A DNA stretch of 63,701 nt, the filler included, from Thermoplasmatota archaeon (GTDB lineage: Archaea > Thermoplasmatota > E2 > JACPAO01 > JAHFTW01), in the NCBI GenBank assembly GCA_041623215.1. It is 4 parts of 4 records of this genome, joined end to end, with 100 filler letters (N's around TTAATTAATTAA, not from the genome) between each part and the next. Parts side by side here need not be neighbours in the genome. Positions count along the whole stretch, not along the records: positions 1 to 18,427 come from JBFJXH010000025.1; positions 18,528 to 36,677 come from JBFJXH010000027.1; 2 more parts are not named here. One strand, 5' to 3'. Under the pieces are notes generated by a model. The model did no database searches, was not told the DNA's origin, and was given only the letters and a program-made list of their open reading frames with translations. This document shows positions 9,343 to 18,986 of this stretch, one piece after another. The translations under genes and the position numbers were made by a program. How positions within the stretch are numbered: the stretch's first letter is position 1; each line of letters opens with the position of its first letter.

Positions 9343-9720
9343 TCAACTGGAGGGGCCAAGACCATCTGTGTAGGTGTAGGTGGCCGGGCCGGGCACAATA
9401 CTCACCTGTTGGCCAAAGCCCGTGCCCCACAGGCACACGGCCACCTCAGTGGCGCCGGCCGGCACGATGCCACCAAACGACCCTTCGTCGGTGTTGACAA
9501 AGGTGGCTGCCTCGTCATTGAAGAACAGGTCGAAGTCGGCGCTCGGCGTGTCAACTTCGAGAAGGAAATGGCTGCCGCCTTGGGCGGGATGGGTGGTGCA
9601 ATCCAGGTACAAAGGAAGGATGTGTTGCCCGTCGTGGCTGGCCGGCTGGGCAGCGCCAGGCATGGCTAGGACGGCGGCGGCAACGAAGATGCTGGTGGCC
9701 AAGCGGAGGGCAGCCTGCAT
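9343..9720 (-). CDS. Small secreted protein of unknown function
   Basis: Signal peptide ...AAAVLAMPGAA; shares DFD...PxGAT-x3-VxLW motif with the downstream gene. Confidence 0.7.
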   Translation of the reverse strand: MQAALRLATSIFVAAAVLAMPGAAQPASHDGQHILPLYLDCTTHPAQGGSHFLLEVDTPSADFDLFFNDEAATFVNTDEGSFGGIVPAGATEVAVCLWGTGFGQQVSIVPGPATYTYTDGLGPSS

Positions 9721-9782
9721 GGGAAGGCAGGTGGGCTGGGTGATTGAAAAGGCTTGAGGACCGGGGCGGCACCGGCTCCAGG

Positions 9783-10319
9783 TTAGGTGCCGTCACTGGA
9801 AGTAAGTCGCAAATGGGCGATGACAGGCATCATCAGGTCGCCGAACCGCATGCCACGCGCCGTCAGAGAATATTCGACGCGTACGGGCACCTCGGCGAAG
9901 GCACGCCGCTCAATCATGCCTCTAGCTTCGAGGTCTTTCAGGCGCTCGGATAGGGTGCGGCTGCCAACGCCGGCCAGATCTTTGACACGCTTGCCGATCG
10001 AGTCCGGTCCGACGGCGGCCAATTCTTCCTTCAGTTGGTTGAAACGCATGGTGCCGCGTAGGCGAAGGAGAAACAGAATCTCGAAGGACCATTTCTGGAA
10101 CAGGCTGCCAATGGCAGCGACTGATTGGTGGATTTCATGTTCTAGGTTGCCGGACTTCCACAACCAATTGACCACTTCTTCCATGGCGCGGCGGTGGTCT
10201 TCAGCCTGCTCGTCCAGAAAGATGTCCAAGCGTTCGAGCATGGCACGGCCTCCCTCGGGCGCATCGGGGGTTGTCCCACCACGGGCCTCCGCGTCGCTGC
10301 GTGCTTTTGTCTTGGACAC
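9783..10319 (-). CDS. HxlR-family winged-helix transcriptional regulator
   Basis: KWSFEIL, MRFNQLK, SRTLSERLKDLE-x2-G-x2-ER, EVPVRVEYSLTARG. Confidence 0.9.
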   Translation of the reverse strand: MSKTKARSDAEARGGTTPDAPEGGRAMLERLDIFLDEQAEDHRRAMEEVVNWLWKSGNLEHEIHQSVAAIGSLFQKWSFEILFLLRLRGTMRFNQLKEELAAVGPDSIGKRVKDLAGVGSRTLSERLKDLEARGMIERRAFAEVPVRVEYSLTARGMRFGDLMMPVIAHLRLTSSDGT

Positions 10320-10394
10320 CTGCTTACGCTCCGGGGACCAGCGCGCAGCCAGCCCACTTGGCGGGTTATACTCACTCGCCTTTTGGCTTGACCC

Positions 10395-11384
10395 ATGCAG
10401 GAAGCCTCAGCACGTGCCTCGCGGACGCCTGCCTCGAATGCCAGCGCCGGCGACAGCACCGCGTCGGTGGCGGCAGGCGCCGACGCAACCTACCCATTCC
10501 TTGGCAAATCAGTCATGAATCGCATCATGGTTACGGCTGCCGCCTTCATTCCGTTCGCCCTCCTGTGGTTTGGCATTGCTTGGGCGATTGGAAATGGCAC
10601 CCACTGGGCACCCTTCGTCGCCCTAGCCTTGTTCACCATGCTTTCAGGCCTTGGCATCACACTGGGCTATCATCGACTCCTGGCCCACGGGGCCTTCAAG
10701 GCATCCGCGCCGGTCCGGTTCATCCTCGTTTGGATGGGTGGTTTGGCCCTGCAAGGTGGCCCCGCAAGCTGGGCAGCTACCCACCGTCGCCATCATGCCT
10801 TGGCCGACCGTCCTGGTGACCCCCACTCGCCATTGGAAGGTCTGTGGCACGCTCACTGGGGGTGGCTCTACAAGGGCAACCTCGTCCACGCCGGCCCTGG
10901 CCACGAACGGCTCATGCGTGACCCCGTGGTTCGGTTCCTCGAACGCTACCAATTAGCGGTCTATGTCTCGGGCTTCATCCTGCCGGGGCTTCTCACGTGG
11001 AGCCTGGGTGGCACCTTCTGGAGTGGCGTGCTATGGGGTGGCGCCATTCGGGTCTTCACGGTCCACCATACCACCTGGAGCATCAACAGTATCTGCCACG
11101 CCTGGGGAACGCGGCCGTACGAATCTCCCGACGTCGCCCGCAACAACGCCATCTTTGGCTGGCTAGGATTTGGCGAGGGCTGGCACAACAACCACCACGC
11201 CTTCCCCAAGAGCGCCTACCTGGGGCACCGCTGGTACCAGTTTGACCTAGGCAAGGTGGTGCTGCTGGTCCTGAAGCCGCTTGGCCTGGTGCGCGACCTT
11301 CACATTCCATCTCGCGAAGAACGGGGCTCGAAGCGCGTCGCACGCCGTCGTCGTCGTCAGTCGGCTGGCGCGGCCAGCCTGTAA
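10395..11384 (+). CDS. Acyl-CoA (delta-9 type) fatty acid desaturase
   Basis: His boxes GYHRLLAH, HRRHH and GEGWHNNHH, plus DPHSP and INSICH. Confidence 0.93.
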   Translation: MQEASARASRTPASNASAGDSTASVAAGADATYPFLGKSVMNRIMVTAAAFIPFALLWFGIAWAIGNGTHWAPFVALALFTMLSGLGITLGYHRLLAHGAFKASAPVRFILVWMGGLALQGGPASWAATHRRHHALADRPGDPHSPLEGLWHAHWGWLYKGNLVHAGPGHERLMRDPVVRFLERYQLAVYVSGFILPGLLTWSLGGTFWSGVLWGGAIRVFTVHHTTWSINSICHAWGTRPYESPDVARNNAIFGWLGFGEGWHNNHHAFPKSAYLGHRWYQFDLGKVVLLVLKPLGLVRDLHIPSREERGSKRVARRRRRQSAGAASL

Positions 11385-11983
11385 CCGCCTACGCGTATCG
11401 ACCTGACCGCCTCCTTGTGGTGGTCCATGGTGGCCGGTAGAGGGTAGTCCCAGACGCCAATCTGCTCAATGCGCCAGCGGGCATCGCGCGCATAGGCGGC
11501 CAAGAATCGCTGCGACACGGTAGGTGCCAGCAACCAGCAAGCGCCACCGGGTCGCAGTGCCGCCATGGCAACGTCGTAGAAGACACGGTCGCCGCCTCGG
11601 TTACCGCGCTGGGCACCAAAGGGCGGATTCATGACGACCACGTCGAAGCTCGCCCCAAGCTTGGCATCGTCCTCCCGAAGGTCGTTCACCACAAAGGTGC
11701 ACGGGAGATTCCGGCGCTCGGCCTCTTGGCGCGCGAGAGCGACGCTGGCCGCGTCAACGTCCACGCCGACGACTTCGACTGCTCCCAGCAGCGCCGCGCC
11801 AATGGACAACACGCCGGTCCCGCAACCAAGGTCCAAGACGCGGCAGCCTTCCAGCTCATCACGAGCTTGCCACAGGAAATCGGTGGCGATGGCGCTCGGC
11901 GTCACATATTGTTCAAGCGCAGGACTGGGAGAAGGATGAGGGGGAATGGCCGCCAAGGCCGCTTCCAAGTCGCGCCGCTTCAC
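11357..11983 (-). CDS. METTL5-family SAM-dependent methyltransferase
   Basis: LEQY-x-TP, VLDLGCGTG, MNPPFG and C-terminal HH pattern. Confidence 0.88.
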   Translation of the reverse strand: MKRRDLEAALAAIPPHPSPSPALEQYVTPSAIATDFLWQARDELEGCRVLDLGCGTGVLSIGAALLGAVEVVGVDVDAASVALARQEAERRNLPCTFVVNDLREDDAKLGASFDVVVMNPPFGAQRGNRGGDRVFYDVAMAALRPGGACWLLAPTVSQRFLAAYARDARWRIEQIGVWDYPLPATMDHHKEAVRSIRVGGYRLAAPAD

Positions 11984-12891
11984 AGGCTGGACAGGCTGTC
12001 GGCCGGGTCTTCGATGACTTCGAAGGCGAGGTCCAACAGGCCAAGCCGCGTCGGATCCGTGATGAGGATGCCTGCGACGATGAGGTAGAAGCCGACGCCG
12101 ACGATGGGGTCGTACTCCAAATCCACGTAACCGGCCGTGACGTTGGTGAAGGCCAGGGTCACGATGGCGGTCGTGTTGTCGCCGTTCATGTCAATGTCGG
12201 ATTCGACGATGGCGAGGTCTTCGGTGCCGTTGCCGTAGCGAACCGTGGCATTGGGTGCCCATTCGATGTAGGCGGTGTGAGCGCCGGTGCTGTTCTGGAA
12301 TCCAACGCCGTTTTCGGCCCCTTCCATGGAGTCGCCACCTTGGGCCATCAACTTGAAGTCGAAGACCAAGAGGTGCTCGTTGTCAACGGCGTCCTCGTTC
12401 CAGTCCCAGTCGTCGACGAAGAGGTCGAACTTGGCTGCGTTGTTGCTCTTGTTGTAGTGGTAGACGAAGGTCACCAGTGCTTCGCCGACCTTGCAATTAC
12501 TGGATTTGCCGGGGCTGATGCACTCGTTGCTGCTGAGCGTCACGGTGAGGTTGGTATCGTCTTCCTCCACCGTGCAGTTGCTGGCCTGCGCGTTGGCGTT
12601 GTTGAGCTTGGCGGAGGCGATGGTGTTGCCGTCGCCGTCAACTTCGCGGACGCTGAGGGTCTTGTACGAGTAGCCACCGCCGGTGCTCATGTTGTTGACG
12701 ACGTTGAAGAAGCCCTTCTTGCCCTGGAACCAGAGCTCGAAGTCTTCGTTGCCGAACATTTCGGCGTTGCAAGCGCCGTGGGCATTGTGATTGGCGCCGT
12801 GGTCGGCGGCAACGGGCGTGGCAGGCAGGCTGATGCCCACCAGCAAGAGCGTGATGAGGGCAGCGACAACGGAGCGCATAATCAAATCCAC
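11980..12891 (-). CDS. Secreted / membrane-anchored Asn-rich surface protein
   Basis: Signal peptide (ATG 12879 alternative), many N-x-S/T sequons, YDPIVG followed by a hydrophobic segment; GTGA overlap with METTL5. Confidence 0.8.
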   Translation of the reverse strand: MDLIMRSVVAALITLLLVGISLPATPVAADHGANHNAHGACNAEMFGNEDFELWFQGKKGFFNVVNNMSTGGGYSYKTLSVREVDGDGNTIASAKLNNANAQASNCTVEEDDTNLTVTLSSNECISPGKSSNCKVGEALVTFVYHYNKSNNAAKFDLFVDDWDWNEDAVDNEHLLVFDFKLMAQGGDSMEGAENGVGFQNSTGAHTAYIEWAPNATVRYGNGTEDLAIVESDIDMNGDNTTAIVTLAFTNVTAGYVDLEYDPIVGVGFYLIVAGILITDPTRLGLLDLAFEVIEDPADSLSSL

Positions 12892-13022
12892 AAGACCATC
12901 TTATTTACGTCTTACTCCGGGCATGCTGGCGGCCAGGCGGTTGGCCTTGTGGGCAACAGGGCAGGGGCCGGACGTCATCCCGGACCATCACGGGTTAAGT
13001 GCCCTGAGGGAGACTGTTCCAT

Positions 13023-13664
13023 GTGGGCCGAATCTTCGTCATCCGGCATGGGCAAACAACCCACAATGCGGACCGCATCATTCAGGGGCCGCGCATCGAT
13101 AGCGACCTGTCCGCGCTCGGTCGGCAACAGGCCGAGGCCGTCGGCCAGGCGCTCCGGTCGCACGACCTGGACGTGGTTGTAAGTAGCCCCTTAGCGCGCG
13201 CCAGGCAGACCGCGCAAAGCATTGTGGATGCCCACCAAACGGGACGCAGCAGCGACCAGGTCACCTACAGCGTCGCGCCGGGCTTGTACGAATTGGACTA
13301 TGGGACCTTCTCGGGCCAAACCTACGATGCCGTGGCAGATGAGGTGGCGCAGATTCTCGATGCGTGGCAACTCGGCTTCATTGACCAGCCGTTTCCGGGC
13401 GGTGAATCGGCGCTCTTGGCGCAGCACAGGATTCGCGAGTTTGCGGCGCGCCTACGTGCTACCGACAAACGTGTGGCGGTGGTAGCGCACGGCCGCATCA
13501 ACCGCATTCTCTTGGCGACGCTTACCGGCGACGGTCTGACCAAGCTAGAAGAATATCCGCAGGACAACGGCAACGTGACGGAGCTTCAGACCAATGGCAG
13601 CGTTGAGGTCGTGCGGCGTAACGACGTGCGTCACTTGGACCTTGGTACGAGCGGCTTCAGCTAG
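13023..13664 (+). CDS. Histidine phosphatase (phosphoglycerate mutase-like) family
   Basis: IRHGQT, SSPLARARQTA, ELDYG, FPGGES, VAHG. Confidence 0.92.
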   Translation: MGRIFVIRHGQTTHNADRIIQGPRIDSDLSALGRQQAEAVGQALRSHDLDVVVSSPLARARQTAQSIVDAHQTGRSSDQVTYSVAPGLYELDYGTFSGQTYDAVADEVAQILDAWQLGFIDQPFPGGESALLAQHRIREFAARLRATDKRVAVVAHGRINRILLATLTGDGLTKLEEYPQDNGNVTELQTNGSVEVVRRNDVRHLDLGTSGFS

Positions 13665-13722
13665 CAGGCGAGCCCGTCGCCGATGGATGCGGACGCTGGC
13701 GCAAGCCGGTGCGGATGCGTAG

Positions 13723-13806
13723 TGCGGGAGACCGGATTCGAACCGGTGAACCACTAAGGACCTGATCTTAAGTCAGGCGCCGTTGGCCAGGCTTGGCAAC
13801 TCCCGC
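13723..13806 (-). tRNA. tRNA-Leu (TAA)
   Basis: Reverse complement gives GCGGGAG/CTCCCGC-A acceptor, CCTGA-CTTAAGA-TCAGG anticodon arm, long variable arm, ACCGG-TTCGAAT-CCGGT. Confidence 0.95.
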
Positions 13807-13888
13807 GGGGTGTGCGTTGTCGATGGGCTGAGTTGGAGAAGGTGCTCGGATTCGATGGGTGAGTGGAGCTGCTGAAACAGGCACTCCA

Positions 13889-15274
13889 TCAGGCGACGAA
13901 CTTCTCGACGAAGTCTGCCAGGGAGCTGCCCTCGGCCGGCGTCATCCAGCCTACGTCCACGAGGAAGCCCAGTATGCCTAGTGCGGTGAGGGCACCAAGG
14001 AGCACTGGTAGGACATAGCGGATGGTGGGCCGTAAGATGGCCGCGCCACGTTCGTGGCCGCCGCCGACCAAGAGCTCGTCTAAGATCTCAGGTCGGACCC
14101 AGCCCACATAGATGGATAGCAAGAGGCCGCCGGTAATCAGTAGGACGCGGCTGACCAGGATGTCGGCGTAGCCCAGGAAGTCAAGGTCAATGGCCGAAAA
14201 CAGACCCACCAGATAGACGATGATGCCGACGAGCAAGACAGCGCGGCCACGGCCCCAGTCCGGCTTGCGGTCGGCCAGCACGCTCACCGGGACCTCCAAC
14301 AGGCTGATGGCGCTCGAGAGCGCAGCGAAGGTCAACATGAGGAAGAAGCCACCTGCCAGGATGCCGCCCAGCGTTCCTCCAACGTCCGCGAAGGCGGTGG
14401 GCAGTGCGATGAACAAGCCGCCGACGCTGCTGGAGCCTGCATCGCCGATGAGGTGGTCCAGGCCGAGGCTGAAAATGAGGGGGAAGACCATGAAGCCCGC
14501 TAGCACGGCGACAGCCGTGTCCGCCAGGCCGATGGTGAGCCCGGTTCCCTGTAAGTCGCCGTCGCGGCTCAGATAGCTACTGTAGGTCAGCATGGTGCCG
14601 ATGCCAAGGCCGATGCTGAAGAACGCTTGGCCCGCCGCCGCTGACACGGTGCCCCCAGTAATGGCGCCAAAGTCAGGCTCCAGGTAGAAGGACCGGCCGG
14701 CGCCGCTGCCGTCTTGGACGTTGGCATAAATGACGAGGCCGATGACGGTGGCAAACAGGATGGGCATCATGATGAGATTGGCCTTCTCGATTCCCTTGGA
14801 CACGCCGCGCGTGACGATGGCCAATGTGGCTGCCATGAAGAGGAAATGGAAGAGGACCGCTTGCGGGCCTTCTGATATGTCGGCGAAGTAGCCGCCGGCG
14901 TCGTCGAAGTAGGGTGCGAAGAAGGCATCCAACATGTAGCGCACGGACCAGCCCGCGATGACCGAGTAGTAGGAAAGCAGCAGCATGGCCGTTAGCGCGG
15001 CCAAGATGCCGGCACCCGCCCACGCCTTCCGTTTACCATCTTCCCCGTAGGCATCGACTGCGTTGCGGCGCGTTTGCCGGCCGAGGCTCAGCTCGGCCAT
15101 CAAAGCGGGGATGCCGATGATGAAGAGCATGCCAAGGTAGAGAATCAGGAAGCTTGCTCCACCGTTCGTGCTGGCCAGATAGGGGAAGCGCCATAGGTTG
15201 CCAAGGCCCACGGCGGAACCTACGGCGGCCATGACGAAACCGATGCGGGAGTTGAACGCACCACGCGCTGCCAT
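13889..15274 (-). CDS. Sodium-dependent transporter, NSS/SNF family
   Basis: GSAVGLGNLWRFPY, GGASF, GIEKAN, GQAFFS, AALSSAISLLE; true start at ATG 15274 (MAARGAFNSRIGF). Confidence 0.95.
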   Translation of the reverse strand: MAARGAFNSRIGFVMAAVGSAVGLGNLWRFPYLASTNGGASFLILYLGMLFIIGIPALMAELSLGRQTRRNAVDAYGEDGKRKAWAGAGILAALTAMLLLSYYSVIAGWSVRYMLDAFFAPYFDDAGGYFADISEGPQAVLFHFLFMAATLAIVTRGVSKGIEKANLIMMPILFATVIGLVIYANVQDGSGAGRSFYLEPDFGAITGGTVSAAAGQAFFSIGLGIGTMLTYSSYLSRDGDLQGTGLTIGLADTAVAVLAGFMVFPLIFSLGLDHLIGDAGSSSVGGLFIALPTAFADVGGTLGGILAGGFFLMLTFAALSSAISLLEVPVSVLADRKPDWGRGRAVLLVGIIVYLVGLFSAIDLDFLGYADILVSRVLLITGGLLLSIYVGWVRPEILDELLVGGGHERGAAILRPTIRYVLPVLLGALTALGILGFLVDVGWMTPAEGSSLADFVEKFVA

Positions 15275-15394
15275 CGTGGGCGCACCGGGGCCGCCTTTGA
15301 AGGGTTCTGCGCTTGCGCACGGTCGCCAATACCGGGGCGCACTTTCACTCGCCTCCAGGTTGGGACCATACGCGGGATGGGCCGTGGTGGTGGC

Positions 15395-15724
15395 ATGCAC
15401 CGCCCTTTGACCAGCGATTTGGCCACGGCCGGTATCCTCGAACGTCGTCGGCAACCGGGCGCGCGTCACGCCACTTTGCGCGTGACCCATCGCTTTCTGG
15501 ACCACGCCGAAGCGCAGGCGCTGACTGGGAGCAGGCCTGCCACCCACGGCCAACCACAGGACGCTGCAACCGTGTTGCTGCAGCGCGCGCTGGCAACCTG
15601 GGATGCCTTTCACGGAGACCCTCGCGAAGCGGCCCTCTTGTTGCGAGATTTCTTGGACCGGCGCGATCAACTTGGCAACTTGGCGCCTGCTTTTCCGCCC
15701 CTCACTGCCTTTGCAGCTGCGTAA
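15395..15724 (+). CDS. Hypothetical protein
   Basis: Open frame filling the gap between the NSS gene and tRNA-Asn with helical-looking composition; no family recognised; ATG 15377 alternative. Confidence 0.5.
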   Translation: MHRPLTSDLATAGILERRRQPGARHATLRVTHRFLDHAEAQALTGSRPATHGQPQDAATVLLQRALATWDAFHGDPREAALLLRDFLDRRDQLGNLAPAFPPLTAFAAA

Positions 15725-15805
15725 CGGGTGTGACGAAACCGTCAAATGGGGCACCAGGGTCGGCCGGCCTGCCCTCCTGGAAAGGAGGTTCCACCTTTTC
15801 GCCCT

Positions 15806-15878
15806 GCCGTGGTAGCTCAGTTGGTGGAGCATCGGACTGTTAATCCGACGGTCGCCGGTTCGAGTCCGGTCCACGGCG
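15806..15878 (+). tRNA. tRNA-Asn (GTT)
   Basis: GCCGTGG/CCACGGC-G acceptor, TCGGA-CTGTTAA-TCCGA anticodon arm, GCCGG-TTCGAGT-CCGGT. Confidence 0.96.
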
Positions 15879-15979
15879 CTTCGACAAGGGTCCCGTTCTG
15901 CATGACCCTTGGCGCTGACAACCCTTTTGACAGGTGTCCGGGTCGGCGGCCAGCCCACCGGTGCCGGACCGGTCGTGGC

Positions 15980-16052
15980 GGGGACGTAGCTCAGTTGGAA
16001 GAGCGCTGCCTTCGCAAGGCAGAGGCCGGGGGTTCAAATCCCCCCGTCTCCA
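15980..16052 (+). tRNA. tRNA-Ala (CGC)
   Basis: GGGGACG/CGTCTCC-A with the G3:U70 Ala identity pair, CTGCC-TTCGCAA-GGCAG, GGGGG-TTCAAAT-CCCCC. Confidence 0.96.
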
Positions 16053-16254
16053 CTTACGGGCCAGGTGCGGGACCACCAAGGTCCAGGGGTGCTTTCGTTG
16101 ACCTGCCGGTAGTCTTTACCCGGGTGGCGCGTATCCATCCTTATGGGACGCACCATTACTGCTTATTGCCGCGCATGCAAGGACCCAACTGAGCACCGCG
16201 CGCTGGATGCTGCCTCGTGCCGATGTGGCCAATGCGGCTCGGTGGAACTGTTGG

Positions 16255-16695
16255 TCACTCCTTTGTTGGCTTGACGTCCCGAGGCCGAATCCAGAACGGG
16301 CATCCGTTCCCTCCTTGCCCGCGGATGTGCAGCAACGCGAGCCCTGCCGTGTGAAGGGCCCAAATGGCGAACAAACTGCCCCAAAAGATTGCGCTGCCGG
16401 TTTCCGTTTGGAGACCTTTGCTGGCCAAGTAGAGGAGGCCGAAAGCGGTCAGCAGGCCGAGGACTCGTCCAATGAAGCCCCACTTGCTGGGCGCGATGTC
16501 GGCGGCCGAGACACCCGATGCAAACACCACCAGTCCAACGAGGTGGATGACGACGAGAGCCCACAGGTAGATTTGGGCCCCGAGTTCGCTCTGCATGAGC
16601 AGAATGGGAATGAGGGCGATCGTGGTGGCCGCTAGGAGAAGGGTCTTGGTCCAGAAGCGCCGGTGTGAGTGGAATTCGAGAGCGGGTCGAGCCAC
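16255..16695 (-). CDS. Hypothetical 4-TM membrane protein
   Basis: Four hydrophobic segments separated by short charged loops. Confidence 0.75.
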   Translation of the reverse strand: MARPALEFHSHRRFWTKTLLLAATTIALIPILLMQSELGAQIYLWALVVIHLVGLVVFASGVSAADIAPSKWGFIGRVLGLLTAFGLLYLASKGLQTETGSAIFWGSLFAIWALHTAGLALLHIRGQGGNGCPFWIRPRDVKPTKE

Positions 16696-16931
16696 GTGGT
16701 GCCTTCGGCCGCGCGGGTTTTAGAGGGCAGCGCCTCCAACCGCGACATGTCAATGACGATGCTGGCGCCTCCCCAGAGCACTGCCGCCTAATCCAACTTG
16801 TTCAGCAAAATACAAGATTTTCAAGGATTATTCATGGAAGCCCACTGCGGTTACTTTTATTCGTGGTGACGCTAGGCTTGCCTCCGTGGTTTGGTGGTGC
16901 TTGCGCGCCGCAGCCACGCAATCGTGATTGC

Positions 16932-18427
16932 ATGTTGCTCAACTTTCTTGTCTCAAAGCGTCGTCCTGCGACGGCCGTGCTCGTCGTGGCCCTGCTACTG
17001 GGTAGCGCCTTCCTTTTCAGCGCCCAGGCAGCCCACGACGACGGCCGCTTCGAACTTGACGGCAACGCCATGGGCAGCATTTCCCCCGGCGAGGATTGGA
17101 GCGATTACTACCTTGGCAGCGCCGACACGGCCGATGCCTTCGTTTTCGTGGCCGAGCCAGCCAGCAACGACACCAGCTATTTTGCGCCGCATGCCAGCGA
17201 TGACACAGACTTTCCAAACTGGGAATATGACATCGATGCCAGTGCCCCCGACAAGAACGAATTAACGAACGTTTACGCCTTGATGTACGACGCGACCGGC
17301 AATGATTCCTTCTTCATCGCGGGAGCTGACCGATTCGGCACCAGCGGCGACTCAGCCTTGGGCGTCTGGTTGACCCAAGATTACGTCGATGTCGGGCCCC
17401 TGGTAGATCCCACGGACCCCAACGATGATCCCACACGCGGCAACTTCGTTGGCAACCACGTAGTGGGCGACCTGTTCATCGTCAGTCATTTTGTCCAGGG
17501 AGGAAGCAGCGCCGAAATCATCATCTACCGCTGGGTCGGAAGCGGCGGCAGCGATGGGTCGCTGGACCAAATTGCGACGCTTGCTGAATGCGGGGTGAGT
17601 GGCCCCGGAGACGCAGGCTGTGGCCGTTCCAATCTGGGCGCCACCCCGGCCCCCTGGCCCTACACTCCTAAAACAGGGGCGCCCGGCATGTTCCCAGCCA
17701 ATGCCTTCACTGAGTTCGGTCTGCGCCTCGCAGATTTCTACCCTGAGGGAATGCCTTGTTTCAACTCCATCATCATTGAGAGCCGTACCAGCCAATCGGT
17801 CAATTCCAAGCTGAAGGACTTCGCCATTGAGCAGTTCCAAACCTGTGACGCTCGCATCAGTATTGACCCCCAAGTGGCTGACAACGTTGTGGGTGACCCC
17901 CATACCTACACCATCACTGTCGAACGCGGCGGCCTCGGCGCGCCATGGCAACCGATGAGTGGGGTTGACGTGAATGCGTCCATTACGGCTGGCCCCGGTG
18001 ACTTCGTCGGCCCAAATACCTGCACTACGGGGCCGGACGGAACCTGCACCGTCACCATCGTGAGCACAACACAGGGAACAACAACGGTCCAGGCGGAGGC
18101 CAATGCCACCGTCCGTACGACGGGCTTCAAACTCGTTACCGACGGGGAAGGCGAAAATTCGGGCCCCGCGACCAAGAATTGGATTCGGGCGCCCAGTACC
18201 ACAACCACGACTCCTTCCAACCTGACCCCAGTTCTGGGCGACAGCGTCTGGGACTCAGTTGCCGTAACCGGCGATGTGGCCGGTGCGCCGCCGTCGGGAA
18301 CGGTGGATTTCTACGTCTGCAATCCGGCCGAAGTAGCTGCCAACGGCGGCACCTGCAGCGCTAATGGCACGTTCATCAGCACGGAGACGCTCAACGCAAC
18401 GGGTGAGGCGGCGAGTCAACCGGTGAC
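16932..18427 (+). CDS. Large secreted surface protein with Ig-like (Big_1-like) domains, 3'-truncated by a gap
   Basis: Signal peptide ending SAQA; acidic N-terminal domain; CTTGPDGTCTVTI Ig-like module; Thr-rich; open into the N run. Confidence 0.8.
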
Positions 18428-18527
18428 NNNNNNNNNNNNNNNNNNNNNNNNNNNNNNNNNNNNNNNNNNNNTTAATTAATTAANNNNNNNNNNNNNNNNN
18501 NNNNNNNNNNNNNNNNNNNNNNNNNNN
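18428..18527. other. Artificial contig spacer (N44-TTAATTAATTAA-N44)
   Basis: 100 nt with a six-frame stop linker, identical to the other two gaps. Confidence 0.97.
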
Positions 18528-18986
18528 GCGGTGGCCGGCTACAGCGACATCGACTTTTTCACGCCCGCCAACGAAGTGCGCTCCTTCGTGTGGAACTTGT
18601 TCGCTCCCCACTACCTCGAAATGGTGAAGGGGCGTGCCTACGAAGGCGACGCGGCCGCCTGCTGGACATTGCACGAAGTGGCCCGAACGGTGCTGCAACT
18701 GTTGGCCCCCATTACGCCCTTCATTTCGCACTACCTTGCCAAGGAAGCCTACGGGCTTGACGTGCATGGTGAAGCGTTCCCGGCCGGCGACGCAGCCGCT
18801 GGCGACCCCGACCTCACCGAAGCCGTGATTAGCTTCAACTCGGGCGTCTGGAAGGCCAAGAAAGAAGCCGGCCTATCGCTAGCGGCGGGCATTGATGGCA
18901 TGGACGTGCCCGACCTGCTATCGGGCATGGCAATGGACTTGACGGCGATGCACAAGCTAGGTCAGGCTGAGACGGTTGAGGCTTGA
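18528..18986 (+). CDS. valS: Valine--tRNA ligase, C-terminal fragment (5'-truncated)
   Basis: Class Ia anticodon-binding domain: FVWNLFAPHYLEMVKGRAY, LLAPITPFIS, archaeal ValRS-like tail VWKAKKEAGLSL. Confidence 0.8.
   Translation, partial: AVAGYSDIDFFTPANEVRSFVWNLFAPHYLEMVKGRAYEGDAAACWTLHEVARTVLQLLAPITPFISHYLAKEAYGLDVHGEAFPAGDAAAGDPDLTEAVISFNSGVWKAKKEAGLSLAAGIDGMDVPDLLSGMAMDLTAMHKLGQAETVEA

Noticed and set aside
15275..15958. N-terminal 228-aa extension of the NSS transporter in the ORF track
   Set aside because: Runs antisense through tRNA-Asn and another ORF; family homology begins at MAARGAF (15274)
13723..16052. tRNA cluster as an integration site of a mobile element
   Set aside because: No integrase, no duplicated tRNA 3' end and no obvious compositional shift seen
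18472..18483. Palindromic TTAATTAATTAA, repeated at 36722 and 54764
   Set aside because: Sits in the middle of identical 100-nt N spacers and is a six-frame stop linker added when contigs were concatenated; not biological
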